Part shown: one piece after another, positions 37,458 to 47,481 of the stretch | Layout of the letters: each line of letters starts with the position of its first letter | Numbering within the stretch: position 1 is the stretch's first letter | Translations under genes and position numbers: made by a program | NCBI GenBank assembly: GCA_964479275.1 | Contig: CAYZLR010000003.1 | Span: forward strand, 9,102 to 73,101 | DNA length: 64,000 nt | Direction: 5' to 3' | DNA from: an uncultured Caulobacterales bacterium | GTDB lineage: Bacteria; Pseudomonadota; Alphaproteobacteria; Caulobacterales; Parvularculaceae | Notes under the pieces: generated by a model | What the model was told of the DNA's origin: nothing | What the model saw: the letters and a program-made list of their open reading frames with translations, nothing else | The model's database searches: none

Positions 37458-38924
37458 TTAATCTTGAGAGTGGTCTGTAAGCGTACCGGAAAGAGCGTTC
37501 GGGGTAACCCCTGTAATGGTCACGGATTGGATGGTACCAATCATGGATTGCGGCGCCTCAACATGAACACTTTGCAAATAGGGAGATCGCCCAATTAATT
37601 GTCCGTCATGGCGGCCGGGCTTTTCCAGCAATATATCAAAGGTTCTTCCCTCTTGTTGGCGATTAAAATCTTGTTTTTGGCTTTCCAAAAGGGTTTGCAA
37701 GCGTTGTAATCGCTCATCTTTTTCGGGCTCAGCAACTTGCTTTGCCATGCTTGCGCCCGGTGTGCCGGGCCGGCGAGAATATTTAAATGAATAAGCAGAG
37801 GCATAGCCAATATCTTCAACCAGCTTCATCGTCTGGTCAAAATCCGCGGCGCTTTCACCGGGAAAACCGACAATGAAGTCACCAGATAGCGCGATATCGG
37901 GTCGCGCTTCGCGAATTCGAGCAATAAGCTTGTAATAATGTTCGCTGGTATGACCGCGGTTCATGGCTTTGAGAACCGTATCTGAGCCTGCTTGCACGGG
38001 GAGATGAAGATAGGGCATCAATTTGGGTTCATCGGCAAAAGCCTGGATCAGGTCATCATTCATATCGCGGGGGTGGGATGTGGTAAATCGAATGCGCTCA
38101 ATTCCATCAATTTTAGCCAGATGGCGGCATAAATGACCCAACCCCCAAGACCCATCATTTGACAACTTCATTTTGGATATGGAACTTATTTTGACCGAGG
38201 ATCCGGCAGGAGGCTCGGAATGCCATGCATTCACATTTTGTCCAAGCAACGTAACCTCGCGCACCCCTTGTACCGCGAGCGCACGCACTTCAGCAGTGAT
38301 AGCATCGACTGAGCGGGAGACTTCTGCCCCTCGCGTGTAGGGCACGACGCAAAAGGTGCAAAATTTATCACACCCTTCTTGTATGGTGACAAAAGCAGAG
38401 GGGCCGTCATTGGTGATATCGTGTTGGCGAGTTTCCGCGAGGCGATCGAATTTTTCTTCGACAGCAAAATCGGTCTCTAGTATTTTCCCATCTGCTCTTG
38501 CTGCTTTTGCCAACATTTCCGGGAGCAAATGGTAGGCTTGGGGACCAAAGACCATATCAACTTGCGGTGCACGCGCTTTGATTTCTGCGCCCTCTGCTTG
38601 CGCAACACAGCCAGCGACCGCAATCGTCATCTGCGTACCCTTTTTTTCTCGGCCTATCTTCACCTTTTTAAGGCGCCCCAGTTCCGAATAGACTTTCTCG
38701 GCGGCTTTTTCCCGAATATGGCATGTATTTAAAATCACCAGATCAGCATCTTCTGGGGAATGCGTTGTTTGATAACCAAGAGGTTTCAATAATCCGGTCA
38801 TGCGCTCGGAATCATAGACATTCATTTGGCAACCATAGGTGCGGATGAAAACTGATTTCTCCTGGCCAGATTGTCCGGTTGTCTCGTTTTTTGTCTCTGA
38901 TTCAGCTCTGGTTGCGTTACTCAT
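37458..38924 (-). CDS. miaB: tRNA-2-methylthio-N6-dimethylallyladenosine synthase MiaB
   Basis: 488-aa ORF with an N-terminal Cys triad (YGCQMN...NTCHIRE...GC), the radical-SAM CDKFCTFC motif and a TRAM domain. Confidence 0.93.
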   Translation of the reverse strand: MSNATRAESETKNETTGQSGQEKSVFIRTYGCQMNVYDSERMTGLLKPLGYQTTHSPEDADLVILNTCHIREKAAEKVYSELGRLKKVKIGREKKGTQMTIAVAGCVAQAEGAEIKARAPQVDMVFGPQAYHLLPEMLAKAARADGKILETDFAVEEKFDRLAETRQHDITNDGPSAFVTIQEGCDKFCTFCVVPYTRGAEVSRSVDAITAEVRALAVQGVREVTLLGQNVNAWHSEPPAGSSVKISSISKMKLSNDGSWGLGHLCRHLAKIDGIERIRFTTSHPRDMNDDLIQAFADEPKLMPYLHLPVQAGSDTVLKAMNRGHTSEHYYKLIARIREARPDIALSGDFIVGFPGESAADFDQTMKLVEDIGYASAYSFKYSRRPGTPGASMAKQVAEPEKDERLQRLQTLLESQKQDFNRQQEGRTFDILLEKPGRHDGQLIGRSPYLQSVHVEAPQSMIGTIQSVTITGVTPNALSGTLTDHSQD

Positions 38925-39085
38925 GGGACCCTTCAGATTTTGCCTTCAGTGATTACCAGATCACTTAAGATCCATAATATCATGGTCATTATCCCAAGCG
39001 GACAAAAAATGCAAAAGAGGTTTGGGTATGGCTGGTACTAACGGCAAGTGTCGTCTCGGCCTTCCAAGGAGGGCATGAGGCCTAT

Positions 39086-41215
39086 TTAGCTGATTTTAGC
39101 TTCTTTGTTTACACGGCAACCCGGTTGATCCCATTTATGCAAGATCGAGGTGAGAGTCTGCTTTTTCACCGGTTTTGACAAATAATCATTCATCCCAGCA
39201 TTGATAAACCGGGTTCGGTCGCCGGCGAGAGCATGAGCGGTGAGAGCAATAATTGGTGTTGGAGCAGCATTGCGATCTTGTTCAATTTTACGAATGGCTT
39301 TCGTTGCATCAATACCGTCCATTTCAGGCATGGAAATATCCATTAAGATAACATCAAAGCTTTGTGTACGAAATAAACCACAAGCAGTTTTTCCGTTTTC
39401 CGCAAAAGCAACATCAAAAATAGTTTTGTCGAGCATATTGTCAATGACCATACGATTGACGAGATTATCATCTGCAACCAGGAGAGAGGTTTTGTCTTTA
39501 TTTTCATTGTTGAGAGGTTGCGAATGATCATGGCTTTGACTGCGATGTGAAATGTATTGCAGTTGATTGATATGGGAATCATTCAAGGATTGCTGAATGG
39601 CTTCAGCAAGTAAATCAGAGTTGACGGGTTTATTAAGAATTTGAGTGATACCCAGATCGGTATATTGGTCAAGCTGCGTTGAGTGATCAATCGAGGATAG
39701 AAAAATGATAGGAGTTTGAACTAGATCAGGATCATTTTTTATTTTTTTAGCCAGTTCAATCCCACTCATTTCCGGCATTTGAATATCGATAATGGCTAAC
39801 GTCAATTCGTCATCACTAATCGCTTTTTTCTTTAATAAAGTTAGCGCTGCCTCACCATTCGTTGTTCGCTGGGTTTGCGCCCCCCAAAAATCGAGCCTTT
39901 TTTGAAGCACCCTTCCACTTAGCTCATTATCGTCCACGATTAGAACGGGTGTTTGCTTTAACAGATCTTGTTGAGAGGATTGGGCTTTTTCCGAAATAGG
40001 AAGCGTGATCTTTATTGTAAAGAGTGACCCTTTGCCAAAAATTGAATTGACTGAGAGTGTCCCGCCCATTGCATCTACCAATGAATTTGTGATGGTCAAT
40101 CCCAGTCCCGTGCCACCATACCGTCTCGTTGTTGAGTTTTCTGCTTGTGAGAATTGTTCAAAAATTGTCGTTAGTTTTTCCTGTGGAATACCGATACCTG
40201 TATCTTCGATAGTCATTGTAATATCCGCATGGCTATCAGAATTCTCGCAAGATAGAGATACAAAAACATGTCCTTCATGAGTAAACTTAATCGCGTTACT
40301 AATGAGGTTTGTTAAAATTTGACGTGTACGCCCAGAATCTCCAAGTAGTTTTTGGGGTAGATTGGGGGCGCATTGCAAAATTAATTCGATGTCTTTTTCA
40401 ACGGCACTATTCGCCAACAATAAGCAAACATCTTCTGCAACTTGAGCAATAGAAAATGGTACGGGCTCAAGCTCCAGCTTCCCAGCTTCGATTTTGGAAA
40501 AATCTAAAATATCATTAATAATCGCGACCAACGAATTCCCAGATTTCGAAATCGTATCAACAAATACGCTTTGTTGCTTATCAAGTTGTGTTTCCGCGAG
40601 AAGTTCCGCCATGCCCAAAACGCCATTCATAGGCGTTCTAATTTCATGACTCATATTCGCTAGAAATTCTGATTTTGCACGATTAGCAGCTGTTGCGGCT
40701 TCAGATTTTTCCTTGAGTTCGTCTGTAAGGCGTTCTAATTCGAGTTCGCGTTGTTTGCGTTGTGTAATATCTGTGTAGATACCAACAATATGATTTTCTT
40801 TTAATTTTCGAAATTTTTCTTCGATAATAAGACCATCGGATTGGTAGCGAATAGTATTAAATTGACTGGTTTTTTTTAAGCTTTCTTCAAAAACTTTTAT
40901 AAATTCATCTGTCGTGTGATAGCCAGGATATGCTTTAAACTTAATGCCGATACCGAGCGGGATACGAACGCTCGTTCCCGGTTCCCAACAAGTGGGTTCG
41001 AGCCCTGACATTTTGATGGCTGTATCATTGGTAACAATAATATTGCCATCTGAATCCATCACAACGAGTCCCACAGCCATGACTTGCATGATTTCATGGA
41101 GGAGATCTGTCACATCACTTTGAGTGTGGGTATGCTTTTGCGAGAAATAGCCCGCAATTTTTGAAATGATTTTATTCTCAAACATGCTGAATAAACCTGT
41201 GAAATAAGTAAGCAA
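39086..41215 (-). CDS. orphan hybrid sensor histidine kinase (PAS-HisKA-HATPase-REC-REC)
   Basis: The H-box is [15 protein letters not shown], with N/G boxes and two receiver domains (LIVDDNE...DIQMPEMSG and LVADDNLVN...DISMPEMDG). The ORF-track start is TTG 41215; the first ATG is 41185. G+C is 17-24/60 in three hand-counted samples. Confidence 0.85.
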   Translation of the reverse strand: MLTYFTGLFSMFENKIISKIAGYFSQKHTHTQSDVTDLLHEIMQVMAVGLVVMDSDGNIIVTNDTAIKMSGLEPTCWEPGTSVRIPLGIGIKFKAYPGYHTTDEFIKVFEESLKKTSQFNTIRYQSDGLIIEEKFRKLKENHIVGIYTDITQRKQRELELERLTDELKEKSEAATAANRAKSEFLANMSHEIRTPMNGVLGMAELLAETQLDKQQSVFVDTISKSGNSLVAIINDILDFSKIEAGKLELEPVPFSIAQVAEDVCLLLANSAVEKDIELILQCAPNLPQKLLGDSGRTRQILTNLISNAIKFTHEGHVFVSLSCENSDSHADITMTIEDTGIGIPQEKLTTIFEQFSQAENSTTRRYGGTGLGLTITNSLVDAMGGTLSVNSIFGKGSLFTIKITLPISEKAQSSQQDLLKQTPVLIVDDNELSGRVLQKRLDFWGAQTQRTTNGEAALTLLKKKAISDDELTLAIIDIQMPEMSGIELAKKIKNDPDLVQTPIIFLSSIDHSTQLDQYTDLGITQILNKPVNSDLLAEAIQQSLNDSHINQLQYISHRSQSHDHSQPLNNENKDKTSLLVADDNLVNRMVIDNMLDKTIFDVAFAENGKTACGLFRTQSFDVILMDISMPEMDGIDATKAIRKIEQDRNAAPTPIIALTAHALAGDRTRFINAGMNDYLSKPVKKQTLTSILHKWDQPGCRVNKEAKIS

Positions 41216-41319
41216 CTGAACAGAATTGAGTTAAAGTTGAGCTAATTTCTAAATTTATCTGGGATCACAGGTCTGAAAAAATGTGTTTGTAAAGTAATTG
41301 GTAAGCTGATTTAATTTTC

Positions 41320-41386
41320 TATGAATAATTAAAGTAACAAAATAAAAACTGCGTGCATGATTTTGCTCTATTATTAATTATTCATA
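41320..41386. repeat. perfect 13-bp inverted repeat TATGAATAATTAA / TTAATTATTCATA with a 41-bp spacer
   Basis: Arms lie at 41320-41332 and 41374-41386, between the nitrilase stop and the kinase start. Confidence 0.8.
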
Positions 41387-41407
41387 TGATAGTCTTTTAA
41401 CGGATGG

Positions 41408-42415
41408 TTAATCTTCGAGTGTGCCTAGCATATCCTGTAAGAGAGCATTTTGTACCTCATCTTGTGCTTGATCACTGGTAAAGCTCGCCATGCCTTCAGC
41501 AGCCTCATCACGAATTTTTAGGTCAAAAATGTCTGGTCGCGAATAATGTCCAGCAATGTCACAGGCCGCTTTGGCTGCTTGAACAATGTTCATGGAAGCA
41601 TCTGCGATTACCATGCCCTCGCCCTCAATGGGCCCTGCAATCACTTCACCGCGCGGGTCAATGATCGCAGAATGACCGACATGTTGCCAATCGCCGAAAT
41701 TTTTATAAGATTCTGGAATATGCTCTTTTAACCTCAGTCCTGCAGAGCAAACGACATATGCGGCGGCTTGGCTGGCAAAGGCGCGCGACAATAACAGTTG
41801 GCGTGCCCAGCAATATTCTTCGGGCCTTGGCGTTTTCTCCCACCCTGGCCATAGAGCAGCGTGAAATTGTGTGCCTTGTGCTACCAGAGAAAAGCCGGGC
41901 AACATCATTTGATGTTCCCAGCAATTGAGTGCTGAAATCCGTCCATAATCACGAGGGATAACCTGTAGGCCGGCGGCGTCACCATCTCCCCAAATGATAC
42001 GTTCAGCATGAGTTGGTTTTAGTTTGCGGTGACGATTAAGGATCTCGCCTTCCCGGCCAATAGTCAAAGCGGTGCAATAAATTGTTCCGTTTGTATAAGG
42101 GTCTTTTTCTGCGACTCCGATAACCGCATCAGTGCCAGCTTTTGCGGCGGCAGCGCAAAGCGCATCAGTTTCCGGTCCGCCCAGGATAATCGCATTTTCT
42201 ATATAATCAGCACTGGCTCGCCATGTTTCATCCGTGACCCCGCTTTCAATCCAGAATGGATAACCAGGAAGCCAGGTTTCACCAAATACCGCCATATCGA
42301 CACCATCCTTGCCGGCTTTTTCGATCAGGGTACAGGCTTTTTCTGTGCTGGCATCTTTATCAAAAAGAATCGGTGCCGCCTGAATAGCGGCAAGGCGGGT
42401 GGTTTTAGCGTTCAT
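41408..42415 (-). CDS. nitrilase family (carbon-nitrogen hydrolase) enzyme
   Basis: The Glu-Lys-Cys triad context is present (FGETWLPGYP, HRKLKPT, LNCWEH). ATG 42415 is preferred over TTG 42427. Confidence 0.85.
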   Translation of the reverse strand: MNAKTTRLAAIQAAPILFDKDASTEKACTLIEKAGKDGVDMAVFGETWLPGYPFWIESGVTDETWRASADYIENAIILGGPETDALCAAAAKAGTDAVIGVAEKDPYTNGTIYCTALTIGREGEILNRHRKLKPTHAERIIWGDGDAAGLQVIPRDYGRISALNCWEHQMMLPGFSLVAQGTQFHAALWPGWEKTPRPEEYCWARQLLLSRAFASQAAAYVVCSAGLRLKEHIPESYKNFGDWQHVGHSAIIDPRGEVIAGPIEGEGMVIADASMNIVQAAKAACDIAGHYSRPDIFDLKIRDEAAEGMASFTSDQAQDEVQNALLQDMLGTLED

Positions 42416-42555
42416 AAAAAATCTCAATCATAAGGTTGGCTAATTTTTTCATAGGGTGAAAGCGTTAAAGCGCATTATGGTAAGGGGGGGAAGTGTGTTG
42501 CTTATCATTTTTTCGTGCGCAAGGGCTGTAATTTTCAAGTTCTCCTGCTGAGTTG

Positions 42556-42999
42556 CTAAGTGTGAATGGCAATCAGCAATTGTCCAATCAGAAGAACGAG
42601 ACAGATTAGGGAGAGAAGAAAGAAGAAAAACCGGTGAGCCACATGATTATACGTGACGTGAATAAAGCTGTGTACAACTCGACAGAGGAAGTAGGCGGTT
42701 GCGGTCCAGATAGAGAAATCGGTAACGGTATTTGTGACAAATAAGGCCAAGCATAATGCGTAGAAAAACATCGGGGTTTCAAACAGGTTTAGGACGTGAT
42801 CATTGCTGGCTTGAGTGCGCGCAGACCATAATGGCCCCTCTTTAAAATTTGCCTGCGCCGCGCGATTTGAGGGGCGTTGCCCGATAGAGAGCCCATATTT
42901 GCGGGCATCACCGGCGCGCCTGAAGACCATGATTAACATCATGAATATTGTTAAGATCATCATTGCAAGAAAGGGAAGAAAGATGAGCTTATCAGGCAT
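42556..42999 (-). CDS. MAPEG family membrane protein
   Basis: 147-aa ORF with four TM segments and MAPEG-like loop residues. The call is moderately confident. Confidence 0.55.
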   Translation of the reverse strand: MPDKLIFLPFLAMMILTIFMMLIMVFRRAGDARKYGLSIGQRPSNRAAQANFKEGPLWSARTQASNDHVLNLFETPMFFYALCLALFVTNTVTDFSIWTATAYFLCRVVHSFIHVTYNHVAHRFFFFLLSLICLVLLIGQLLIAIHT

Positions 43000-43047
43000 G
43001 GGTTCCTCGCATATCTGACGGTAAATAAACCGCGAAAATAATGAATT

Positions 43048-43107
43048 ATGACCTTATATATTGATACAGCAAGTGTTCGCGAGATAAAAGAGATGGATGA
43101 AGTGTGA
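43048..43107 (+). pseudogene. possible relic of a transaldolase/FSA-type gene 5' end (19 codons, then a stop)
   Basis: My own translation gives MTLYIDTASVREIKEMDEV*. This resembles the conserved N-terminus of small transaldolases (M..F.DTAN..EI.E..ELG). No continuation is recognisable in any frame. Confidence 0.25.
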
Positions 43108-43200
43108 TATCCCATATGATTTCAAATGGCATCATCTATGGATGTCCGAGCATAGGATTTATCGGGATCTTGAACAAAACAGTCAAAAGCCGAATATCTT

Positions 43201-43668
43201 ATGAGTGAAATTTCTAGTTTTGAAATATCTACCGCACACGCTCGTGACGCTAATCAGCTGATTGCGCTGGAGGCGCGTACTTTTGGCGATAAAGCCTGGC
43301 CTGGCAAAGCCATTGGGGGCAGTTTTTCGCAAATATTCGTTGAGGTTTTGTTTGCACACATGACTCACCGAATTGATACAAGAAACCCGGCTGGGTTTTT
43401 GGTTTGGCGTAAGATTGTTGATGAAGCTGAAATTCTATCGATCGGTGTTGATCCTGATTGGCAAAAAAGGGGAATTGCCAAGGGCTTGTTGAAAGAATTG
43501 GAAAGCCGCGCGCGCAAACAAGCATTACGACGTATATTTCTCGAAGTGAGGGTGGATAATACAGCTGCGCTTGCGCTTTATCGAGGGTGTGGTTATCACC
43601 CTATAGGAACCCGTCGCCACTATTATCGCGACGGTGTGGATGGCGTGAGTATGGCCTTTGCATTGTAA
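43201..43668 (+). CDS. rimI: ribosomal-protein-alanine N-acetyltransferase (GNAT)
   Basis: 155-aa ORF with the acetyl-CoA motif QKRGIAKGLL and LEVRVDNTAALALY. Confidence 0.8.
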   Translation: MSEISSFEISTAHARDANQLIALEARTFGDKAWPGKAIGGSFSQIFVEVLFAHMTHRIDTRNPAGFLVWRKIVDEAEILSIGVDPDWQKRGIAKGLLKELESRARKQALRRIFLEVRVDNTAALALYRGCGYHPIGTRRHYYRDGVDGVSMAFAL

Positions 43669-43705
43669 CGTAACGACACCCTCTTTTAACAGCGGAGTTA
43701 ACAAC

Positions 43706-44176
43706 ATGGTGAATTCATCGGCACAACCGTTAAATCGAGCGAATGCACAAAAAGACGATACCAGGCGGCTTGAGCTATTGTGCATTGAAAAAGGGATGCG
43801 GATGACAGAACAGCGCCGTGTCATCGCACAAGTTCTTTCTGTTGCAACAGACCATCCTGACGTTGAAGAAATTCACCAGCGTTCTGTCGCTATTGATAAA
43901 GGGATATCGATTGCAACGGTGTATAGAACCATGCGTTTGTTTGAAGAGGCCAATGTCGTTGAGCGTCATGATTTTCAAGATGGACGCTCACGCTACGAAG
44001 AAGCCTCAGACGATCATCACGACCACCTGATTGATGTCAGATCAGGTCAGGTGATTGAATTTGTGAATGATGAAATCGAACGTTTGCAACACCGCATTGC
44101 GCAGGAACACGGCTATAAATTATTATCACATCGCCTGGAATTATACGGCGTACCCATTTCTTCCGAAGACGAATAA
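43706..44176 (+). CDS. fur: Fur family transcriptional regulator (Fur/Mur-like, lacking the C-terminal CxxC pairs)
   Basis: Motifs RMTEQRRVIAQVL, ISIATVYRTMRLFEEANVV and HHDHLID are present. GGAG (43693-43696) lies 9 nt upstream of ATG 43706; the ORF track starts at 43658. Confidence 0.85.
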   Translation: MVNSSAQPLNRANAQKDDTRRLELLCIEKGMRMTEQRRVIAQVLSVATDHPDVEEIHQRSVAIDKGISIATVYRTMRLFEEANVVERHDFQDGRSRYEEASDDHHDHLIDVRSGQVIEFVNDEIERLQHRIAQEHGYKLLSHRLELYGVPISSEDE

Positions 44177-44245
44177 ATCGATCCAGTAAATTGCACCCCA
44201 TTGGCATGTTAGCGTGGATAAAATTGATCGTGATTGGCCCTAATA

Positions 44246-45115
44246 TTAAAGCGTTGGGCAATATGAAGCGGCTATAACTTTTCCGAGATTAGCTTCCTGC
44301 ACAATGACCGCACAACCGGTATCATCAGAAAGCTCAACTGTGTTCAGCTGAGTTTGGAACATGGTGGTGTTCTTGGAAAAATTACGAACCGTTTTCACGA
44401 CATTGGCTTCCGTCCATTCTTGTCCCGCATTTTCTCCGCCCAGAATAGATGTCTGTGTGTTGTGATGAAAGAAAACTAGAGATGCTTCATAATTTGAGAG
44501 ATTTTCTGCACCCTCCAGGGTCGCCGTCAGGGTTGTTCCTGAATGGCTTAATGATAACCGCATGGATGGTGTTTGGTCGTGATTTTTGATGATCGCATTT
44601 TCGAGCGGTTTTCTTCGTGAACCAACAGTTTCGATTGTCCCATTAATAATTGCCTGAGGCGTATAAATGCGCCTTGTCGCGCTGTTGATTTTGTAAGTAC
44701 TTTGACGATTGGTGAAAGCTCTATTCGAATATGGATCTTTCCATTTACCGTGATTGAAAACGGATAAATCATCCCAATAATCAACGTGCCAAGATAAAAC
44801 CACGACATCTTTTCGGTTTGTCAGATCATTGACAAATTGCGCCGCAGGGACACATGATGAACAGGATTGCGACAGGAACATCTCGACCAATACCGGGGAG
44901 GCGTCATTTGGCGCAGCTGTAAGGGATGTCTTGCTAGCAATGTCTGATTCAGCAGTAGAGGCTGCGTATGCAGATGAATAAAGGCTCTGGGTCACGTCAA
45001 ACCCCGTATCTTCAGCCGAAATGAGTCCATTCATCACAAAAATACAGACGCCAAAGATGACGAGGCAGAACACAGGCGCAATGGCTATTGCTAAAAATTT
45101 TTGAACTTGGGTCAT
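44246..45115 (-). CDS. DUF1223 family secreted thioredoxin-like protein
   Basis: Motifs SQSCSSC, WHVDYWD and YTPQAIINGT are present, with an N-terminal signal or anchor. Confidence 0.75.
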   Translation of the reverse strand: MTQVQKFLAIAIAPVFCLVIFGVCIFVMNGLISAEDTGFDVTQSLYSSAYAASTAESDIASKTSLTAAPNDASPVLVEMFLSQSCSSCVPAAQFVNDLTNRKDVVVLSWHVDYWDDLSVFNHGKWKDPYSNRAFTNRQSTYKINSATRRIYTPQAIINGTIETVGSRRKPLENAIIKNHDQTPSMRLSLSHSGTTLTATLEGAENLSNYEASLVFFHHNTQTSILGGENAGQEWTEANVVKTVRNFSKNTTMFQTQLNTVELSDDTGCAVIVQEANLGKVIAASYCPTL

Positions 45116-45346
45116 AGCATACTATTTCATATCGGTCCGGTATTGTTCCGGGCGGGATTAATAACTGAGTGAATCTAAAATATCTGGAATGCGCATTGTT
45201 GCAACGCACAATATGCTATCTCTTAAACACATTTGATAACGCAAATGAGAGACTATTTAATACAGTTCCAGATCACGTGGCTATTGGTTGGGCGCCCATA
45301 TCTGCAACAAGACAATAACTCAAACGATCCAGCTTTTACGCAAGGT

Positions 45347-46819
45347 TTATGCGCGCCAGAAAGCCGGAGAGAAAAAGACCAGCAAAGTAAAAAATTCTAA
45401 TCTACCCAATAGCATACCCGCAGCCATAAGATATTTTGCGCCCGGCTCCAGGCTCGAGAAATTACCAGCCGGTCCGATCACGTCACCAAGACCAGGACCG
45501 ACATTGGCAATAGCAGAACCAGCTGCTGAAATTGCAGTTAGATTATCCATGTTGAACCCTGATAACAAAACCGCGAGCGTGGCAAAGGTTGCAAAGTAAA
45601 CAAAGAAAAAGCTTAACACTGAAATGAAGACATCTGGAGTTAAGGGGCGTCCATTATAATGCGCTACAAAAATTGCGTTGGGATGGGAAAGGCGGCGCGC
45701 GTAGAGACGAATGGCCAAGAGGGCAACTTGAAACCGAAAAATTTTCATGCCACAGGAAGTTGATCCTGCACACCCGCCAATGAACATAATGCAAAAGAAA
45801 AACCCGGTGGCAAAAGGCCCCCATTGAGAATAATCAGTGGTTGCGTAACCTGTCCCGGTGATGATGGAGACAACATTAAAAAAGGCAAGCCGAAATGCAG
45901 TCACGCCGTCTTGTCCGGTCGAGACCATGACTTGCGCGAACATGACAATCGTCGCGGCTGTGATGACGGAGAGAAAAAACCGGATTTGACTATCCGTAAA
46001 CATACGCCCCCATGCTCCGCGTAAAAGCGCGACCAGAAAAATGCCAAATGGTAGGCTGCCAATCAACATGAAAATGGCAATGATCATATCCAGTGGCGCA
46101 CGCCCAACCCCAATGAAAGCCCCAACGGAGGCATCTTTAGTTGAAAAACCACCGGTTGCAACTGTCGTCATTGCGTGGTTGAGAGCATCAAAAGCACTCA
46201 TCCCAAATGCCCATAAAAGAACAAAACAAAGAGCGGTAAAAAAAGCATATATCCCAGTCAGAGCCAGGGAGTATTGGGTGGCATTGGCAATAAATTTTTC
46301 TGACGTATCCCAAGCTTCTGATTTGAAGATTTGCATGCCGCCCACGCGCAATGCGGGCAGTACTGCAAATGCCATAATAACAATACCAACCCCGCCAAAC
46401 CATTGCAGCATAGAACGCCATAACAATGCCCCTGGCGGTGCATCATTGAGGTTGGTGATAATCGTGGCTCCGGTCGTGGTCACCCCTGACATGGCTTCAA
46501 AGAAAGCATCGGTCCAACTAATATCAAGGCCACCAAGTGCGAGAGGAATAGTTGAAAACATGGCGAGAAAAACCCAGCTTAGCGCGGAAATCATAAACCC
46601 TTGCCGCACAGAAATTTTTTCAAACTCTCCCCAACTGGCAGCGGCTAACCCGCCACCTGTCAGTATACAGATTGTGGCACCCACCGCAAAAGCACTCCAA
46701 TCTTGCTGATGCACGGGATCAGGCGAAAGAAGGTCGGCGACCATAGGCGCGAGCATGGATACGCCAAGCATTGCCACCAATACACCCGCAACCAATATGA
46801 CAGGCCTAAAACTATCCAT
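45347..46819 (-). CDS. trkH: TrkH family potassium uptake protein
   Basis: 490-aa polytopic ORF with repeated selectivity-filter-like motifs (TTGAT, TGGFS, TGTGYAT, NVGPGLG). Confidence 0.9.
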   Translation of the reverse strand: MDSFRPVILVAGVLVAMLGVSMLAPMVADLLSPDPVHQQDWSAFAVGATICILTGGGLAAASWGEFEKISVRQGFMISALSWVFLAMFSTIPLALGGLDISWTDAFFEAMSGVTTTGATIITNLNDAPPGALLWRSMLQWFGGVGIVIMAFAVLPALRVGGMQIFKSEAWDTSEKFIANATQYSLALTGIYAFFTALCFVLLWAFGMSAFDALNHAMTTVATGGFSTKDASVGAFIGVGRAPLDMIIAIFMLIGSLPFGIFLVALLRGAWGRMFTDSQIRFFLSVITAATIVMFAQVMVSTGQDGVTAFRLAFFNVVSIITGTGYATTDYSQWGPFATGFFFCIMFIGGCAGSTSCGMKIFRFQVALLAIRLYARRLSHPNAIFVAHYNGRPLTPDVFISVLSFFFVYFATFATLAVLLSGFNMDNLTAISAAGSAIANVGPGLGDVIGPAGNFSSLEPGAKYLMAAGMLLGRLEFFTLLVFFSPAFWRA

Positions 46820-46875
46820 ATGGTTCTATCTCACCGCAAAGGGTTTTTGTGCCGTTGTGTTGTTCTGTTTCATAT

Positions 46876-47280
46876 TTAATGAAGCAGTTGGCTTTCATGG
46901 GGACTATCCAGTGAAAAGGCGGGGATGGCCACATCGAAGCTATCACCAGAGAGTGTTTCCATCTTGTATCGCCCGACCATGACGCCAGAGGGGGTCGTTA
47001 ATGGAGCCCCTGAAGTATATTCAAAGCCTTCCCCTGGCTCGATCACGGGTTGCTCGCCGACCACACCTTCACCGTCGACTTCTTCGGTGCGCCCGCTGGA
47101 GTCGGTGATTTGCCAAAAGCGTCGTCTCAGGCAAACGGGATCGGTAGAGCGGTTATCGATCCGCACCGTATAAGCCCAGACAAAGTGATGGGCATCGGGG
47201 TCGGATTGATCCTCCAGATAGGCGGGGCTAACTTGTACCCGAATTCCTTTTGTCTCGGTCTCATACATGGTTTTACTCAC
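46876..47280 (-). CDS. apaG: ApaG (DUF525) protein
   Basis: 134-aa ORF with FVWAYTVRIDN and GEQPVIEPGEGFEYTSG. Confidence 0.88.
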   Translation of the reverse strand: MSKTMYETETKGIRVQVSPAYLEDQSDPDAHHFVWAYTVRIDNRSTDPVCLRRRFWQITDSSGRTEEVDGEGVVGEQPVIEPGEGFEYTSGAPLTTPSGVMVGRYKMETLSGDSFDVAIPAFSLDSPHESQLLH

Positions 47281-47481
47281 TTAGCACGAAAGCATTGGCA
47301 TATTGTAAGGGGTAAATGTGCCTGATGGGTCAAAAAAAGCAACAATCTTTATAGATTTATGCAATGTGACCTGGTTTTTAGGACTGTATGGTTGGTTTTA
47401 TCACAAGGCTTTCGGCGTAATTTGCCTTCAAATGAGTACCGGTTGAATTCAAAATGGTGCCAAAACAAACCTTGGAGCCAA

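Noticed and set aside
41397-41411. A third perfect TTAA-N7-TTAA (TTAA CGGATGG TTAA) overlapping the nitrilase stop codon.
   Set aside because: A single isolated occurrence in an AT-rich spacer is within chance expectation for 64 kb. It is noted under the kinase finding but not called as a CtrA site.
46041-46709. A 222-aa plus-strand ORF, plus several shorter ones, antisense to trkH.
   Set aside because: It lies entirely inside a well-supported trkH coding region on the opposite strand. The translation is low-complexity (Ala/Pro/Arg/Ser-rich) with no motifs, which is typical of a shadow ORF.
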